Of a stretch of 51,686 nt of DNA, positions 1 through 8,766 are shown piece after piece. Positions within the stretch are counted from its first letter, which is position 1, and each line of letters begins with the position of its first letter. The notes beneath the pieces are model-generated. The model searched no databases and had not been told where the DNA came from. It saw only the letters and a list, made by a program, of their open reading frames with translations. The stretch is from Patescibacteria group bacterium (lineage in GTDB: Bacteria > Patescibacteriota > Patescibacteriia > SG8-24), in assembly GCA_034716415.1 (NCBI GenBank), contig JAYEJB010000005.1, forward strand, positions 1 through 51,686, in the 5' to 3' direction. A program made the position numbers and the translations under genes.

Positions 1-780
1 CTGCCATGCCCGATAGACCCGCCTGGTATAATCGCGATTCCAGCCGCCACGATACAGACTGACAGCGGTCAGCCAGGCGTTACGGTCCGTCATCTTGCGC
101 TTCAGCGCTTCATCATAGTCAATCCGGATATGACGGGCAGAGGTCGCTACGGCATCGTCCGGATCATGAGGGTCGTAGACGTCGTCGCCATCGTAGTCGA
201 CGACATGGTCACCCCAAACACCTTTCGCGGGTGACCAACGCTTGGCAAGATGCTGCATCCGCCCCAGGGCGATGGCCCGCGAACCGTAAACCTTGTACGG
301 ATTGCAGATTCTACGCTTGCCGCGCTTCTGCTGACAGATCCTTACGAGCGCACGCCAGTTTGCCATGCATTTCCGCTTGCCGTAGTGGCGCACGCACCGG
401 CTTCCGTACTTACGCTGTCTGCTGGCCGGCACCCAGCTGCCCTTGCGTGTCCAACGGGATGTGAGCCGTCCTGTTTCCGCTGTCCAAAGTCCGACCAGCA
501 GACCGGACGGAACCTGAAAATCGTCGCCTGCGGACATGTAGATGTCACGATCGTCGTCGGAAATCTTCATCCGTTTCTGCGATGGCAGACGACTCCACTC
601 CCGGACACCTTTGAACTTGATGTTCCTCGGCACCGACCTGTCGTCAGTGCCGACTTTCTTGTGCCAGCCTCTGACGGTCAAGAACGCCGCGTTCGGATCA
701 GGGGTGCTCGACTGCTCCGCAGATACTGACACCGCGATAAACGATAGTACAACCAAGACTGCTGTGACGATGTGTCTCAA
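1..780 (-). CDS. Secreted lytic murein transglycosylase, MltB/SLT_2-like (3' end runs off window)
   Basis: Not in ORF track (no stop inside window). Manual translation from TTG at 780, with GGAG upstream: signal peptide MRHIVTAVLVVLSFIAVSVSA, catalytic-Glu motif VPSGLLVGLWTAETG, GSRAIALGRMQH, EF-hand-like DYDGDDVYDPHDPDDAVATSARHI; open for 260 codons. Confidence 0.75.
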   Translation of the reverse strand, partial: MRHIVTAVLVVLSFIAVSVSAEQSSTPDPNAAFLTVRGWHKKVGTDDRSVPRNIKFKGVREWSRLPSQKRMKISDDDRDIYMSAGDDFQVPSGLLVGLWTAETGRLTSRWTRKGSWVPASRQRKYGSRCVRHYGKRKCMANWRALVRICQQKRGKRRICNPYKVYGSRAIALGRMQHLAKRWSPAKGVWGDHVVDYDGDDVYDPHDPDDAVATSARHIRIDYDEALKRKMTDRNAWLTAVSLYRGGWNRDYTRRVYRAWQ

Positions 781-849
781 TGGTCACTCCGTTTCTGTAT
801 CAAAGAACCACGGGCTTATCCGTAGTTCATATCTTTACATGATGGGACT

Positions 850-1287
850 CTAGCCGCAACTGATGACCCGCTCTTCCCCTTCTCCGAATCCGAACTTGAA
901 TTCCCGATAGGTGGAATAGTCGCGCATCGACGGCAATTTGTCGGCCCACTCGATGACCGTGACCGTATCCGGTTCGGTGATAATGTCGTCGAAACCGATC
1001 GACCAGAGCTCATCTTCGTCCTCGATGCGATAGGCGTCAGCGTGGACCAGTTTAAGGATTCCGCGAACACGCAAATCCGGCCCGGCCGCGTACTCACGAA
1101 ACAGGATGAACGTTGGACTCTTGATGTCTTTAGTGACACCGAGAGCTTCAGCCAGGAACTGCGTGAACGTCGTCTTGCCGGCACCGAGCTCCCCGACGAG
1201 TCCGATGATGTCACCACCGTGAAGATCGACCGCGATCTTCCGGGCGTACTCCTTCATATCGTCGATTGTCTTGATGGTGATAGGCAT
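850..1287 (-). CDS. tsaE: tRNA threonylcarbamoyladenosine biosynthesis ATPase TsaE
   Basis: GELGAGKTTF P-loop, SPTF, LVHADAYR, IEWAD; adjacent to tsaD. Confidence 0.95.
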   Translation of the reverse strand: MPITIKTIDDMKEYARKIAVDLHGGDIIGLVGELGAGKTTFTQFLAEALGVTKDIKSPTFILFREYAAGPDLRVRGILKLVHADAYRIEDEDELWSIGFDDIITEPDTVTVIEWADKLPSMRDYSTYREFKFGFGEGEERVISCG

Positions 1288-1332
1288 ACATTGAGGGGCA
1301 GAGAGGGCAAAAGAAATCGAATTCTTCTCCCG

Positions 1333-2403
1333 CTATCTTCCCAACTCCCAAAGCGGGTCGGCTTCGATCTTCCGCCAGTCGTCTGGCTTCCGAAGTTGTG
1401 ATTGATGGTACGCGGCCATCGCTATCATCCCCGCGTTGTCGGTGCAGTGGACAAGCTCCGGCTCTACGAATCTGACCTTAGGCACATGTTTCTTGAGTTC
1501 AGCGGCGAGGGTGGCGCGAAGTTTCGGATTGGCGGCGACTCCACCCGCGAGGAGAACGGTGCGCACGCCGTTCTTTTTCGCCGCGCTGACTGCCTTCGCG
1601 ACGAGTACATCGACGATAGCCTGTTCTGTTGACGCGGCCACGTCGGGCAGGAACTTCTTCTCGTCGAATCGATCCTCGTTGTCACGAAGGAAATATCTGA
1701 CGGCGGTCTTCAATCCGGAAAACGAGAATCGCAGATCATCTGAATTCAGCAAAGGCCGCGGAAAATCATACGCGCTCGGATCACCACCCTTGGCGAGATT
1801 CGATATCGCCGGTCCACCGGGATAACCGAGCCCCATCAGCTTAGCGCTCTTATCGAACGCTTCACCGGCCGCGTCATCCGCGGTCGCACCCAATAACTTA
1901 TACTGACCATGACCTTTCATCAGGAGCAGCTCCGTGTGTCCGCCCGACACCACTAATGCGATCGCCGGGAAGATATCTGACGACTCGTCCAGTTTCGCCT
2001 TGCCCTTCTCGCCCGGCAACCAGTTCGAATAGATATGACCTTCGATATGATTGATGGCGTAGAAATCCTTGTCCCAAGCCGCGGCGAGCGCCCGACCGGT
2101 ATCGAGTCCGACACGGAGCGAGGTCACGAGACCTGGTCCGGCGGTCGCGGCTACCGCATCGACGATCTCACCGAACGCCCGACCGTCAGGCTTGCCGATG
2201 ACCTTCTCCGCCAGCGCATCCAGAATCGGCGGAATCTTAGCCGAATGCTCACGCGCCGCGACTTCCGGCACGACGCCGCCGTACTTCTCGTGGATCACCT
2301 GCGAAGCCACGACATATTCAAGACGCGCGACCTTGCCGCGCTTGACCTCCAGATATGCGACCGCCGAGTCGTCGCAGGATGATTCGATGCCTAAAATCCG
2401 CAT
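1333..2403 (-). CDS. tsaD: tRNA N6-adenosine threonylcarbamoyltransferase TsaD
   Basis: ILGIESSCDD, GGVVPEVAAREH, NHIEGH, VSGGHT, DDAAGEAFDK, GGVAAN, TDNAGMIA; start set at MRILG. Confidence 0.97.
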   Translation of the reverse strand: MRILGIESSCDDSAVAYLEVKRGKVARLEYVVASQVIHEKYGGVVPEVAAREHSAKIPPILDALAEKVIGKPDGRAFGEIVDAVAATAGPGLVTSLRVGLDTGRALAAAWDKDFYAINHIEGHIYSNWLPGEKGKAKLDESSDIFPAIALVVSGGHTELLLMKGHGQYKLLGATADDAAGEAFDKSAKLMGLGYPGGPAISNLAKGGDPSAYDFPRPLLNSDDLRFSFSGLKTAVRYFLRDNEDRFDEKKFLPDVAASTEQAIVDVLVAKAVSAAKKNGVRTVLLAGGVAANPKLRATLAAELKKHVPKVRFVEPELVHCTDNAGMIAMAAYHQSQLRKPDDWRKIEADPLWELGR

Positions 2404-2472
2404 AGTCATCAACAATATACCATGCTACCCGCCTTGTCCACCCATAACCGAAAACACGGCCTGAGCCGTGTC

Positions 2473-2778
2473 TTATTTCCAAAATCTCCCTACTATACGT
2501 TTTCGCTCGCCCCATCGCAGCCTGATGTTACCCCGATAGAGACAGATCAGTCCCAACGTTATGGTCACGAACGTGAAGTTCGACGCTGACAGCACCTTGA
2601 ACATCGGGTCGTTTCCGGCCATCGCGCACGCCAGAATACAGCTGGTAGCCATGAACCAGATGACCCATGAGCGCAAGTCGAGGTCTGCCGAGCGGCGCGA
2701 CCGGACGAGCGATATGATTTGGGGCAGGTACGCTGCCACAGCCAGAACCGTACCGACGATCCCGAGGACTTCCAACAT
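2473..2778 (-). CDS. PQ-loop / SemiSWEET-like small membrane protein
   Basis: 3 TM helices, AYLPQII PQ motif; start taken at MLEVLG. Confidence 0.75.
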   Translation of the reverse strand: MLEVLGIVGTVLAVAAYLPQIISLVRSRRSADLDLRSWVIWFMATSCILACAMAGNDPMFKVLSASNFTFVTITLGLICLYRGNIRLRWGERKRIVGRFWK

Positions 2779-2907
2779 AGGAGTCGCCCCTGGGGGTCCT
2801 AATGTAATGATAAACCGGTATGCTTGAATTGTGGCATATTCGGACCCAGATTGGGAATAGGTCTGGTAGAATACGACGAGATTAAGGCTAGCTTTTAAGC
2901 GTGGCCA

Positions 2908-2936
2908 TTGACAGAGCGCGCTTTCTGATGTATTCT
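2908..2936 (+). promoter_or_regulatory. Sigma70-type promoter of tRNA-Glu
   Basis: TTGACA-N17-TATTCT, 18 nt upstream of the tRNA. Confidence 0.7.
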
Positions 2937-2954
2937 CGATGAGCAATTGCATGT

Positions 2955-3029
2955 GGCCCCATCGTCTAACGGTTAGGACACCACGCTTTCAATGTGGGAA
3001 CAGGGGTTCGATTCCCCTTGGGGCTACCA
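2955..3029 (+). tRNA. tRNA-Glu (TTC)
   Basis: Cloverleaf GGCCCCA...TGGGGCT-A-CCA; anticodon arm CCACG-CTTTCAA-TGTGG; T-loop TTCGATT; CCA encoded. Confidence 0.95.
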
Positions 3030-3111
3030 CGTCAAAACAACCGCCGAAAGGCGGTTGTTTTGTGTTTGGAGAATATTAGAAATGCCAACATTCAAGACCT
3101 GACACCTAATC
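3024..3111 (+). repeat. 88-bp direct repeat, copy 1 (tRNA 3' hexamer + terminator + AGACCTGACACCT motif)
   Basis: 82/88 identical to 4155-4242 by manual alignment. Confidence 0.92.
3034..3061 (+). terminator. Intrinsic terminator after tRNA-Glu
   Basis: AAAACAACCGCC-GAAA-GGCGGTTGTTTT. Confidence 0.85.
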
Positions 3112-3118
3112 GATCATT

Positions 3119-3367
3119 CTAAAGATGTTTATCAAACTCTTCCTTTGTGCAAACCCCCGTAGCAGAAATCATTTTCGAGAAATCTTTAATGTAAACCTTG
3201 CTCACTCTATTATTTTTGAATGTAATTGGATACGGACGTTTCCATGTTTCATGTCGGACAATCCACTGATGTTTTCCGCCAGTATCAACATCGAATCCTG
3301 AAAGGGTGTTTAACCACCGCAACAAACCTAATACCTTACCCCTTTTCACATCAGCGTATTCCCCCAT
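3119..3367 (-). CDS. HicA-like toxin (putative)
   Basis: 82-aa basic protein with GGKH motif (HicA G-x-H) followed by ...RPYPI; coupled to upstream HicB-like gene. Confidence 0.6.
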   Translation of the reverse strand: MGEYADVKRGKVLGLLRWLNTLSGFDVDTGGKHQWIVRHETWKRPYPITFKNNRVSKVYIKDFSKMISATGVCTKEEFDKHL

Positions 3368-3373
3368 ATTATT

Positions 3374-3769
3374 CTAATGCGCTACGGTCGGTATATTCGC
3401 AAAGGCAATTTCTGATTTTTTAATTGCCTTATCATTCAAAGCTGCAAATTCTTCTTTGGGTGGAATAAGCCTGAAATCCCCACCTAAAGCTTCCGCATAT
3501 TTTAATGGAATCTCGTACGCGACGAAAAGCGCATCGTTGACACATTCAACAAATTCTTTCGCAGTTCGCCCCTGTGCAACAAAATCATTATTATCCTCTG
3601 TGTGAATTTTACCTACAATAAAATTTTTATCACGTTCCCAGGCAACACTAATAGCATTAGGCAAATTAGCCTCATGAAGTATTAAAACCTCATAGACAAT
3701 TTCTGAATCACCAAAGATTGCTTCCCGAATTCTATGTAAGCGGTATTGAAATGGAGACATTAGTGCCAT
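3374..3769 (-). CDS. HicB-like antitoxin (putative)
   Basis: VAQGRTAKEFVECVNDAL resembles HicB (T/A)QG.T.EE....I.DA motif; TTGACA-N17-TATTTT promoter at 3824-3796. Confidence 0.6.
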   Translation of the reverse strand: MALMSPFQYRLHRIREAIFGDSEIVYEVLILHEANLPNAISVAWERDKNFIVGKIHTEDNNDFVAQGRTAKEFVECVNDALFVAYEIPLKYAEALGGDFRLIPPKEEFAALNDKAIKKSEIAFANIPTVAH

Positions 3770-4154
3770 AGAGTCATTTATATTGAAGTCCTGACAAAAT
3801 AACTTTTTAGCGACCTCTTGTCAAGGAGTGCGCGGCCCAAAATATTAGGCTTAAATATGGCTAAAGGATATAAGAGAAAATCAAGTTTTAAATAACCCCC
3901 TCCGTAAGCTCACTGTACCATGACAGCGAACGGAATGCTAAAACAAATCATGTCGCCACGCTGGTTGAGCTGTCTGGGATTAGACATGAAGTCATACTAG
4001 AATTAGAGTATTTGTTACTCCTTTGGGGGGGATATATAAATAATTAACGCTTCGCGAATTATTTAAAGAAATTCTCAATATCAATTATCTTTACCTAATA
4101 ACGCCAATTCTTTAATATCTTCCTCAATTTGTTTGAAATTCTCAGGTGTTAGGT

Positions 4155-4242
4155 CTACCACGTCAAAACAACCGCCGAAAGGCGGTTGTTTTGTGTTTGG
4201 ACGTTTTGAAAAATGCCAACATTCAAGACCTGACACCTAATC
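4155..4242 (+). repeat. 88-bp direct repeat, copy 2
   Basis: Near-identical to 3024-3111. Confidence 0.92.
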
Positions 4243-4322
4243 TACTGGACACTCGGGCCGTTTTCACTGATAATTCAGCTGTAAAAGGCGGTATATTTGC
4301 CGACCGGATAAACCCTATATAT

Positions 4323-4991
4323 ATGGAAGAGCTCTTACTGAACTTCGCCCAAGAATCACTGTCGATCAAGACTATCCTCTTCAACCTGTTGGTAGGCGGG
4401 GTGCTGGGTGTCGTCCTGCACTATCACTTCAAGAGATTCAGCCTGGCTTTCACCGCCAAGAAGGAACTGGGACGAATACTGCCGTTCCTGGTACTGATCG
4501 TCTGTCTGATCATATCCATCGTGAAATCCTCGCTCGCCCTGTCGCTGGGTCTCGTCGGTGCGCTCTCCATCGTCCGTTTCCGCACCGCCATCAAGGAGCC
4601 GGAGGAACTGGTCTATCTGTTCATGGCGATCGCGGTCGGTCTCGGACTGGGCGCGAACCAGACCGCGCTCACCGTGGTCGCGACACTGTTCATCCTGGTC
4701 TTCATGACACTGCTGCGCTTCAAGCACATCCGCGATAAGAGTAAGACCCTGTTTCTGACAGTCTCGTCGCCGAACGCGCTCGACAAGCAGGCGATTTCCG
4801 GCGCCATAAAGACGCACGGCGCGGCCGCTAACCTGAAAAAGATCGTCCAGGGCGATGACCGGCACTCATTGATATACAACGTCCGGCTTACCAACGAGTC
4901 CGATCTCTACGAACTCATCGACGAAGTCAAACGGATCGCCACCGGCGCGGAAGTGTCGTTCATCGACCAGAGCGACGTGATGAGCGCCTGA
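4323..4991 (+). CDS. DUF4956 domain membrane protein
   Basis: SSLALSLGLVGALSIVRFRTAIKEPEELVYLF signature; start at MEELLL (upstream ORF extension lies in the repeat). Confidence 0.9.
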   Translation: MEELLLNFAQESLSIKTILFNLLVGGVLGVVLHYHFKRFSLAFTAKKELGRILPFLVLIVCLIISIVKSSLALSLGLVGALSIVRFRTAIKEPEELVYLFMAIAVGLGLGANQTALTVVATLFILVFMTLLRFKHIRDKSKTLFLTVSSPNALDKQAISGAIKTHGAAANLKKIVQGDDRHSLIYNVRLTNESDLYELIDEVKRIATGAEVSFIDQSDVMSA

Positions 4992-5009
4992 CCATGCGTG
5001 ACCAGGACT

Positions 5010-5993
5010 ATGAGCAACGCAAAGAAAATCACCATCGCGCTGGCGCTCGTGGCCACTATCTCTTATTCGTTCGTCATCTTCAGCGGGGATTCCGCGCAGC
5101 CGAACGATGAAGGCTGTCGAATCATCGCGCTGGGGCATCTCTATTCCCTGCAACCCTACCCCGAACTTCAGGAGCTACTGGTCGAACACCTCAACTCCAC
5201 TCATCCCGATGCATCGGCCATCGTCTCGTTAGGCGACAACACCGTTCAGGGGACATCCGAGGAATGGCAGAGCTTCTTCGAGAAGTATGAAGGCTTCGAC
5301 GCGCCACTCTATTTTGCTCCGGGTAATCACGATCTGCGCACCCCAGCCGCATACGACAATTACATGGAGCAGGTCGGTTACACCTCAAAGAAAGTCAGTA
5401 TTAACAACTGCAACCTGATCCTCACGAACACCGTCAGCCCGCACGAGCTGGATTTCAATGACGTCGAGATGGTGAAGGGCGGCGGATTGGATGACGCGAG
5501 TATCGCGCTGCTCGAGGGGCTCGATTCCACACGTACCGACGAGGCGGACCTGCTTCTCATGCACCACTCCCTGTTTTCGATCGGCCTCATACACCACGAC
5601 AATGAGTGGGATACGGAACTGAACCGCATCTACGAAAATGAAAAAGTCTGGCGCGAAGAGATCCAGCCGCTCATCAAGGACAGGGTCGACGCGGTCTTCG
5701 CGGGTGACATGGCGAACAGCGCTGTCTCCCACCAGGAGATCGACGGCATCCCTTACGTCGGTAACTCCTTCGGTAGCGCGTTCGACCCGGATCCACGATC
5801 GGACCGACGCCCATTGAGCTACACTGTCGTGAACGTAGACGGCGAAGGTAATATCGAGACGAGCATCGAATACCTGCCGATTCCGGTCACCAGCGACTGG
5901 TTCGCCTTTGACCGAGACCGACGCTTCGAGGGATTCGCCGACCAGTACGACGACGGCTACGATCGCAAAGAATACAGATACCCGAACCGATGA
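5010..5993 (+). CDS. Calcineurin-like metallophosphoesterase, membrane-anchored/exported
   Basis: N-terminal TM; LGD, PGNHD, MHH and FAGD motifs. Confidence 0.82.
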   Translation: MSNAKKITIALALVATISYSFVIFSGDSAQPNDEGCRIIALGHLYSLQPYPELQELLVEHLNSTHPDASAIVSLGDNTVQGTSEEWQSFFEKYEGFDAPLYFAPGNHDLRTPAAYDNYMEQVGYTSKKVSINNCNLILTNTVSPHELDFNDVEMVKGGGLDDASIALLEGLDSTRTDEADLLLMHHSLFSIGLIHHDNEWDTELNRIYENEKVWREEIQPLIKDRVDAVFAGDMANSAVSHQEIDGIPYVGNSFGSAFDPDPRSDRRPLSYTVVNVDGEGNIETSIEYLPIPVTSDWFAFDRDRRFEGFADQYDDGYDRKEYRYPNR

Positions 5994-8764
5994 TAATCAA
6001 GTCCGGAAAGAAAGACAGCAATTGGGGGCCGCGGATCATAATCGCGGTTTTGCTTCTTTTTATCGCGGCGCTGGTCATCTATCTCCTGCCGATGACACTG
6101 GTCGTGATGTCGGACAGGTTGTCGATGCACTTCATTTCGATGACCTATCCCGGACTGCACGCGCGTTGCGGATATCTCGAGGGCAGCTGCGGTCAGAACC
6201 TGCACTCTGCCGTCCGTACGACCATCAGCTCCCAGTTGGCCGACCTATTCGGTTCGACGAAGAGGCCTCGTTTCAACATCAACGTCAATTTCGATTCGTG
6301 GGAAACGATCAAGAAGGCGCGCGCGGACGCGATGCAACGTGGCTACCTAGAATCGTCCGACCAGGATTTCGTCAAAGGCACTATCGATTACGCCGGTCGG
6401 GCCTATCCGGTGAAACTGCGCCTTAAAGGACTGCATCTCGACCACCTCGACGATGCGAAGATGTGGTCCGTGCGTGTCCATGTCAATGACGACGAAGCGA
6501 TCCTGGGCATGCGACGTTTTTCGTTGCAACACCCCAAGACACGGGACTACCAATACGAACCGATCTATCTCGACATGGCCCGCGACCTCGGCCTCATGGC
6601 GCCCCGTTATATGTTCGTCGACGTTTCGATCAACGGTGAGCGGATCGGCACCATGGCTTTAGAGGAATACTTCTCCAAGGAACTTATCGAAAGTCATGGG
6701 CGGCGCGAGGGCGTGCTGATGAAATTCGACAGCGACACTTACGTACACGGCGGAATCGGTCTGCAACGGATGTACGACTCCACTGATACCGCCCGTATCC
6801 GCCGGAACTATTGCGATAACTTCTTCACTGCTGACGTGGTGCCGTACCGATCAGACAGCGTCGCCGCTGACCCGGACCTGACCAGACAGAGAGACGTAGG
6901 CATATCACTATTGAGATCATTCGCCGACGGCGAACAAGAGGCCTCTGATGTCTTCGCTGTCGAAAAGACCGCTGGCTTCATCGCGAACGCGATGGCGTGG
7001 AACTCCTACCACAACCTGCACTGGATGAACCTGCGTTTCTATCTGGACCCCATCACGCTGAAACTCGAACCGATCGCATCGGACGCCGGGCTGGCTACGA
7101 TTCACGAACTGCCTAAGATCGACTGGCGGATGCCACCGGACAACTCCGGGGCGCTCATCCATCACGACACGATAGCCGACACCTTTGCGATGGATTTCAT
7201 CCGGTTACTGCTCGCGGATCCCGAAATCATGGGCGAGACGCTGTCCATACTCAAAAGATACGAGACAAACATATCCCGAGGCGGCGTCATTCCCGACTAC
7301 CGAGAACAGGAGGAACGTTACTTGCGCCAGCTACAACCCGCGTATCCGTTCCTGCCACCAGCCGTCTTCAGTGCGTGGGAAAACCTTGAAGAGACCATCG
7401 AACTGATAGGACAGATCGATCTCCAAACGAAAGACGACCTTGGGCCGCTTCGTGACGGAGAGGTCTTCTTCCTGCCTAGACTTCCGAAATACATCAACGC
7501 TCATGTGATAGCCGATGGATCAGGTGTCGAGCTGGAATTCGTGAACATCCTCAACTCGGACATCCTGATCGACGGGATTCAAGTCAACGTAAACGGTGAG
7601 ACACACCCGATAACAGATTATTCCGACAACATTTTCCCCTTACTGTTGGAGCGGACCGGTGATTGTACGCGTCCGAACTCTGCGGTCATTCAGCTGAATG
7701 ACATCGCCTTCACGGATTCGATTGAAGTCACGGGCAATGTGCGGATATCGGCCGAGAGTACGGACAATGTCTACCCGTTCATCGCGACTCCATACGCCGC
7801 ACCGTCGGTAGCACATGCGCTTACGCCTTTGGCGGACGATGAACTGCGGATGTTTCCTTTCTTGTCAGTATCAAAGGATAAGCAGAACATCAAAGTCAAA
7901 GCCGGACAGTGGCAAGTAAATCGGTTCCTGACACTACCTGAAGGTTTCGGACTGGAGATCGGTCCGGATACGACCATGACCTTCGCGCCTGAAGCGGGAA
8001 TGGTCGTCAACGGCCGGTTGCAAATCGATGGCCCAGTCGTCATGCGAGCCTCGAACACGGATTGGAAGGGGCTGACCGTGTTGCGGGCTAACGGATTTGA
8101 TGACAGACCTTCTTTCGTGCGGGGTCTGGAGATTCACGACACGACATTCGCCGAACATGACGACTGGAAGATTACCGGCGGAATGACTTTCTACGAATCC
8201 GATGTCGAGATGGAAGACTGTCGTATCGTCGGCAGTCGGGCGGAAGACGCGCTGAACATCATCCGTTCGGACTTCACCCTCGATGGCGTGACCATCGAAG
8301 ACACGCTCTCGGACGGCCTGGACGCGGACTTCGCTTCAGGCAGGATTGCTGAATCCACTTTCTCTGACATACAAGGAGACGGCGTGGACTTCTCCGGTTC
8401 GGATATCACACTCGCCAAGTCGTCGTTCAACGGAATCGGCGACAAGGCCGTATCGGTCGGCGAAAAATCGACGGTCGACGCGGAAGATATCAGCATCAAC
8501 AGCGCGACATTCGGTTTCGTAAGTAAGGACGGCTCACTGCTGAAGGTCACGAATTCGAACCTTGAAGGGATCGACCGGTATGTCCTCGCGGCTTACATCA
8601 AAAAAACGGAATACGGCAGCGCGACACTGCAGGCTGACGGCATTACGTACCAAGAAGATTTGTATGATAAGGTCGTCGCGCAAGAAGGGAGTATCTTGCA
8701 TATAGACGGCGAACAGGTTCCGGACCAGGCACTGGATGTCGAAGCGCTGTATCAGACAGACTGA
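5990..8764 (+). CDS. CotH kinase family protein with C-terminal right-handed beta-helix
   Basis: VKLRLKG..DH, SVRV, FSLQ.P.TR, HNL.W.NLRFY.DP.T.KLEPI..D; C-terminal EDALNI/SDGLDAD/GDGVDFS/DKAVSVGE repeats; ATGA overlap with upstream gene. Confidence 0.85.
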   Translation: MIIKSGKKDSNWGPRIIIAVLLLFIAALVIYLLPMTLVVMSDRLSMHFISMTYPGLHARCGYLEGSCGQNLHSAVRTTISSQLADLFGSTKRPRFNINVNFDSWETIKKARADAMQRGYLESSDQDFVKGTIDYAGRAYPVKLRLKGLHLDHLDDAKMWSVRVHVNDDEAILGMRRFSLQHPKTRDYQYEPIYLDMARDLGLMAPRYMFVDVSINGERIGTMALEEYFSKELIESHGRREGVLMKFDSDTYVHGGIGLQRMYDSTDTARIRRNYCDNFFTADVVPYRSDSVAADPDLTRQRDVGISLLRSFADGEQEASDVFAVEKTAGFIANAMAWNSYHNLHWMNLRFYLDPITLKLEPIASDAGLATIHELPKIDWRMPPDNSGALIHHDTIADTFAMDFIRLLLADPEIMGETLSILKRYETNISRGGVIPDYREQEERYLRQLQPAYPFLPPAVFSAWENLEETIELIGQIDLQTKDDLGPLRDGEVFFLPRLPKYINAHVIADGSGVELEFVNILNSDILIDGIQVNVNGETHPITDYSDNIFPLLLERTGDCTRPNSAVIQLNDIAFTDSIEVTGNVRISAESTDNVYPFIATPYAAPSVAHALTPLADDELRMFPFLSVSKDKQNIKVKAGQWQVNRFLTLPEGFGLEIGPDTTMTFAPEAGMVVNGRLQIDGPVVMRASNTDWKGLTVLRANGFDDRPSFVRGLEIHDTTFAEHDDWKITGGMTFYESDVEMEDCRIVGSRAEDALNIIRSDFTLDGVTIEDTLSDGLDADFASGRIAESTFSDIQGDGVDFSGSDITLAKSSFNGIGDKAVSVGEKSTVDAEDISINSATFGFVSKDGSLLKVTNSNLEGIDRYVLAAYIKKTEYGSATLQADGITYQEDLYDKVVAQEGSILHIDGEQVPDQALDVEALYQTD

Positions 8765-8766
8765 AC

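Larger units (their letters stand above)
3095..4156. mobile_element. AT-rich mini-island / gene cassette carrying a hicBA-like pair
   Basis: Bounded by inverted 13-mers AGACCTGACACCT (3095-3107) and AGGTGTTAGGTCT (4144-4156) and by the 88-bp direct repeat; visibly AT-richer than flanks; no integrase inside. Confidence 0.6.

Noticed and set aside
231-853. Plus-strand ORFs 231-464, 250-729 and 542-853
   Set aside because: Shadows of the minus-strand transglycosylase gene
4081-4161. Minus-strand fragment VVDLTPENFKQIEEDIKELALLGKDN* as recombinase C-terminus at an att site
   Set aside because: No recombinase body or start nearby; too short to support
4146-4322. N-terminal extension of the DUF4956 ORF
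   Set aside because: It reads through the duplicated terminator/repeat; true start likely 4323
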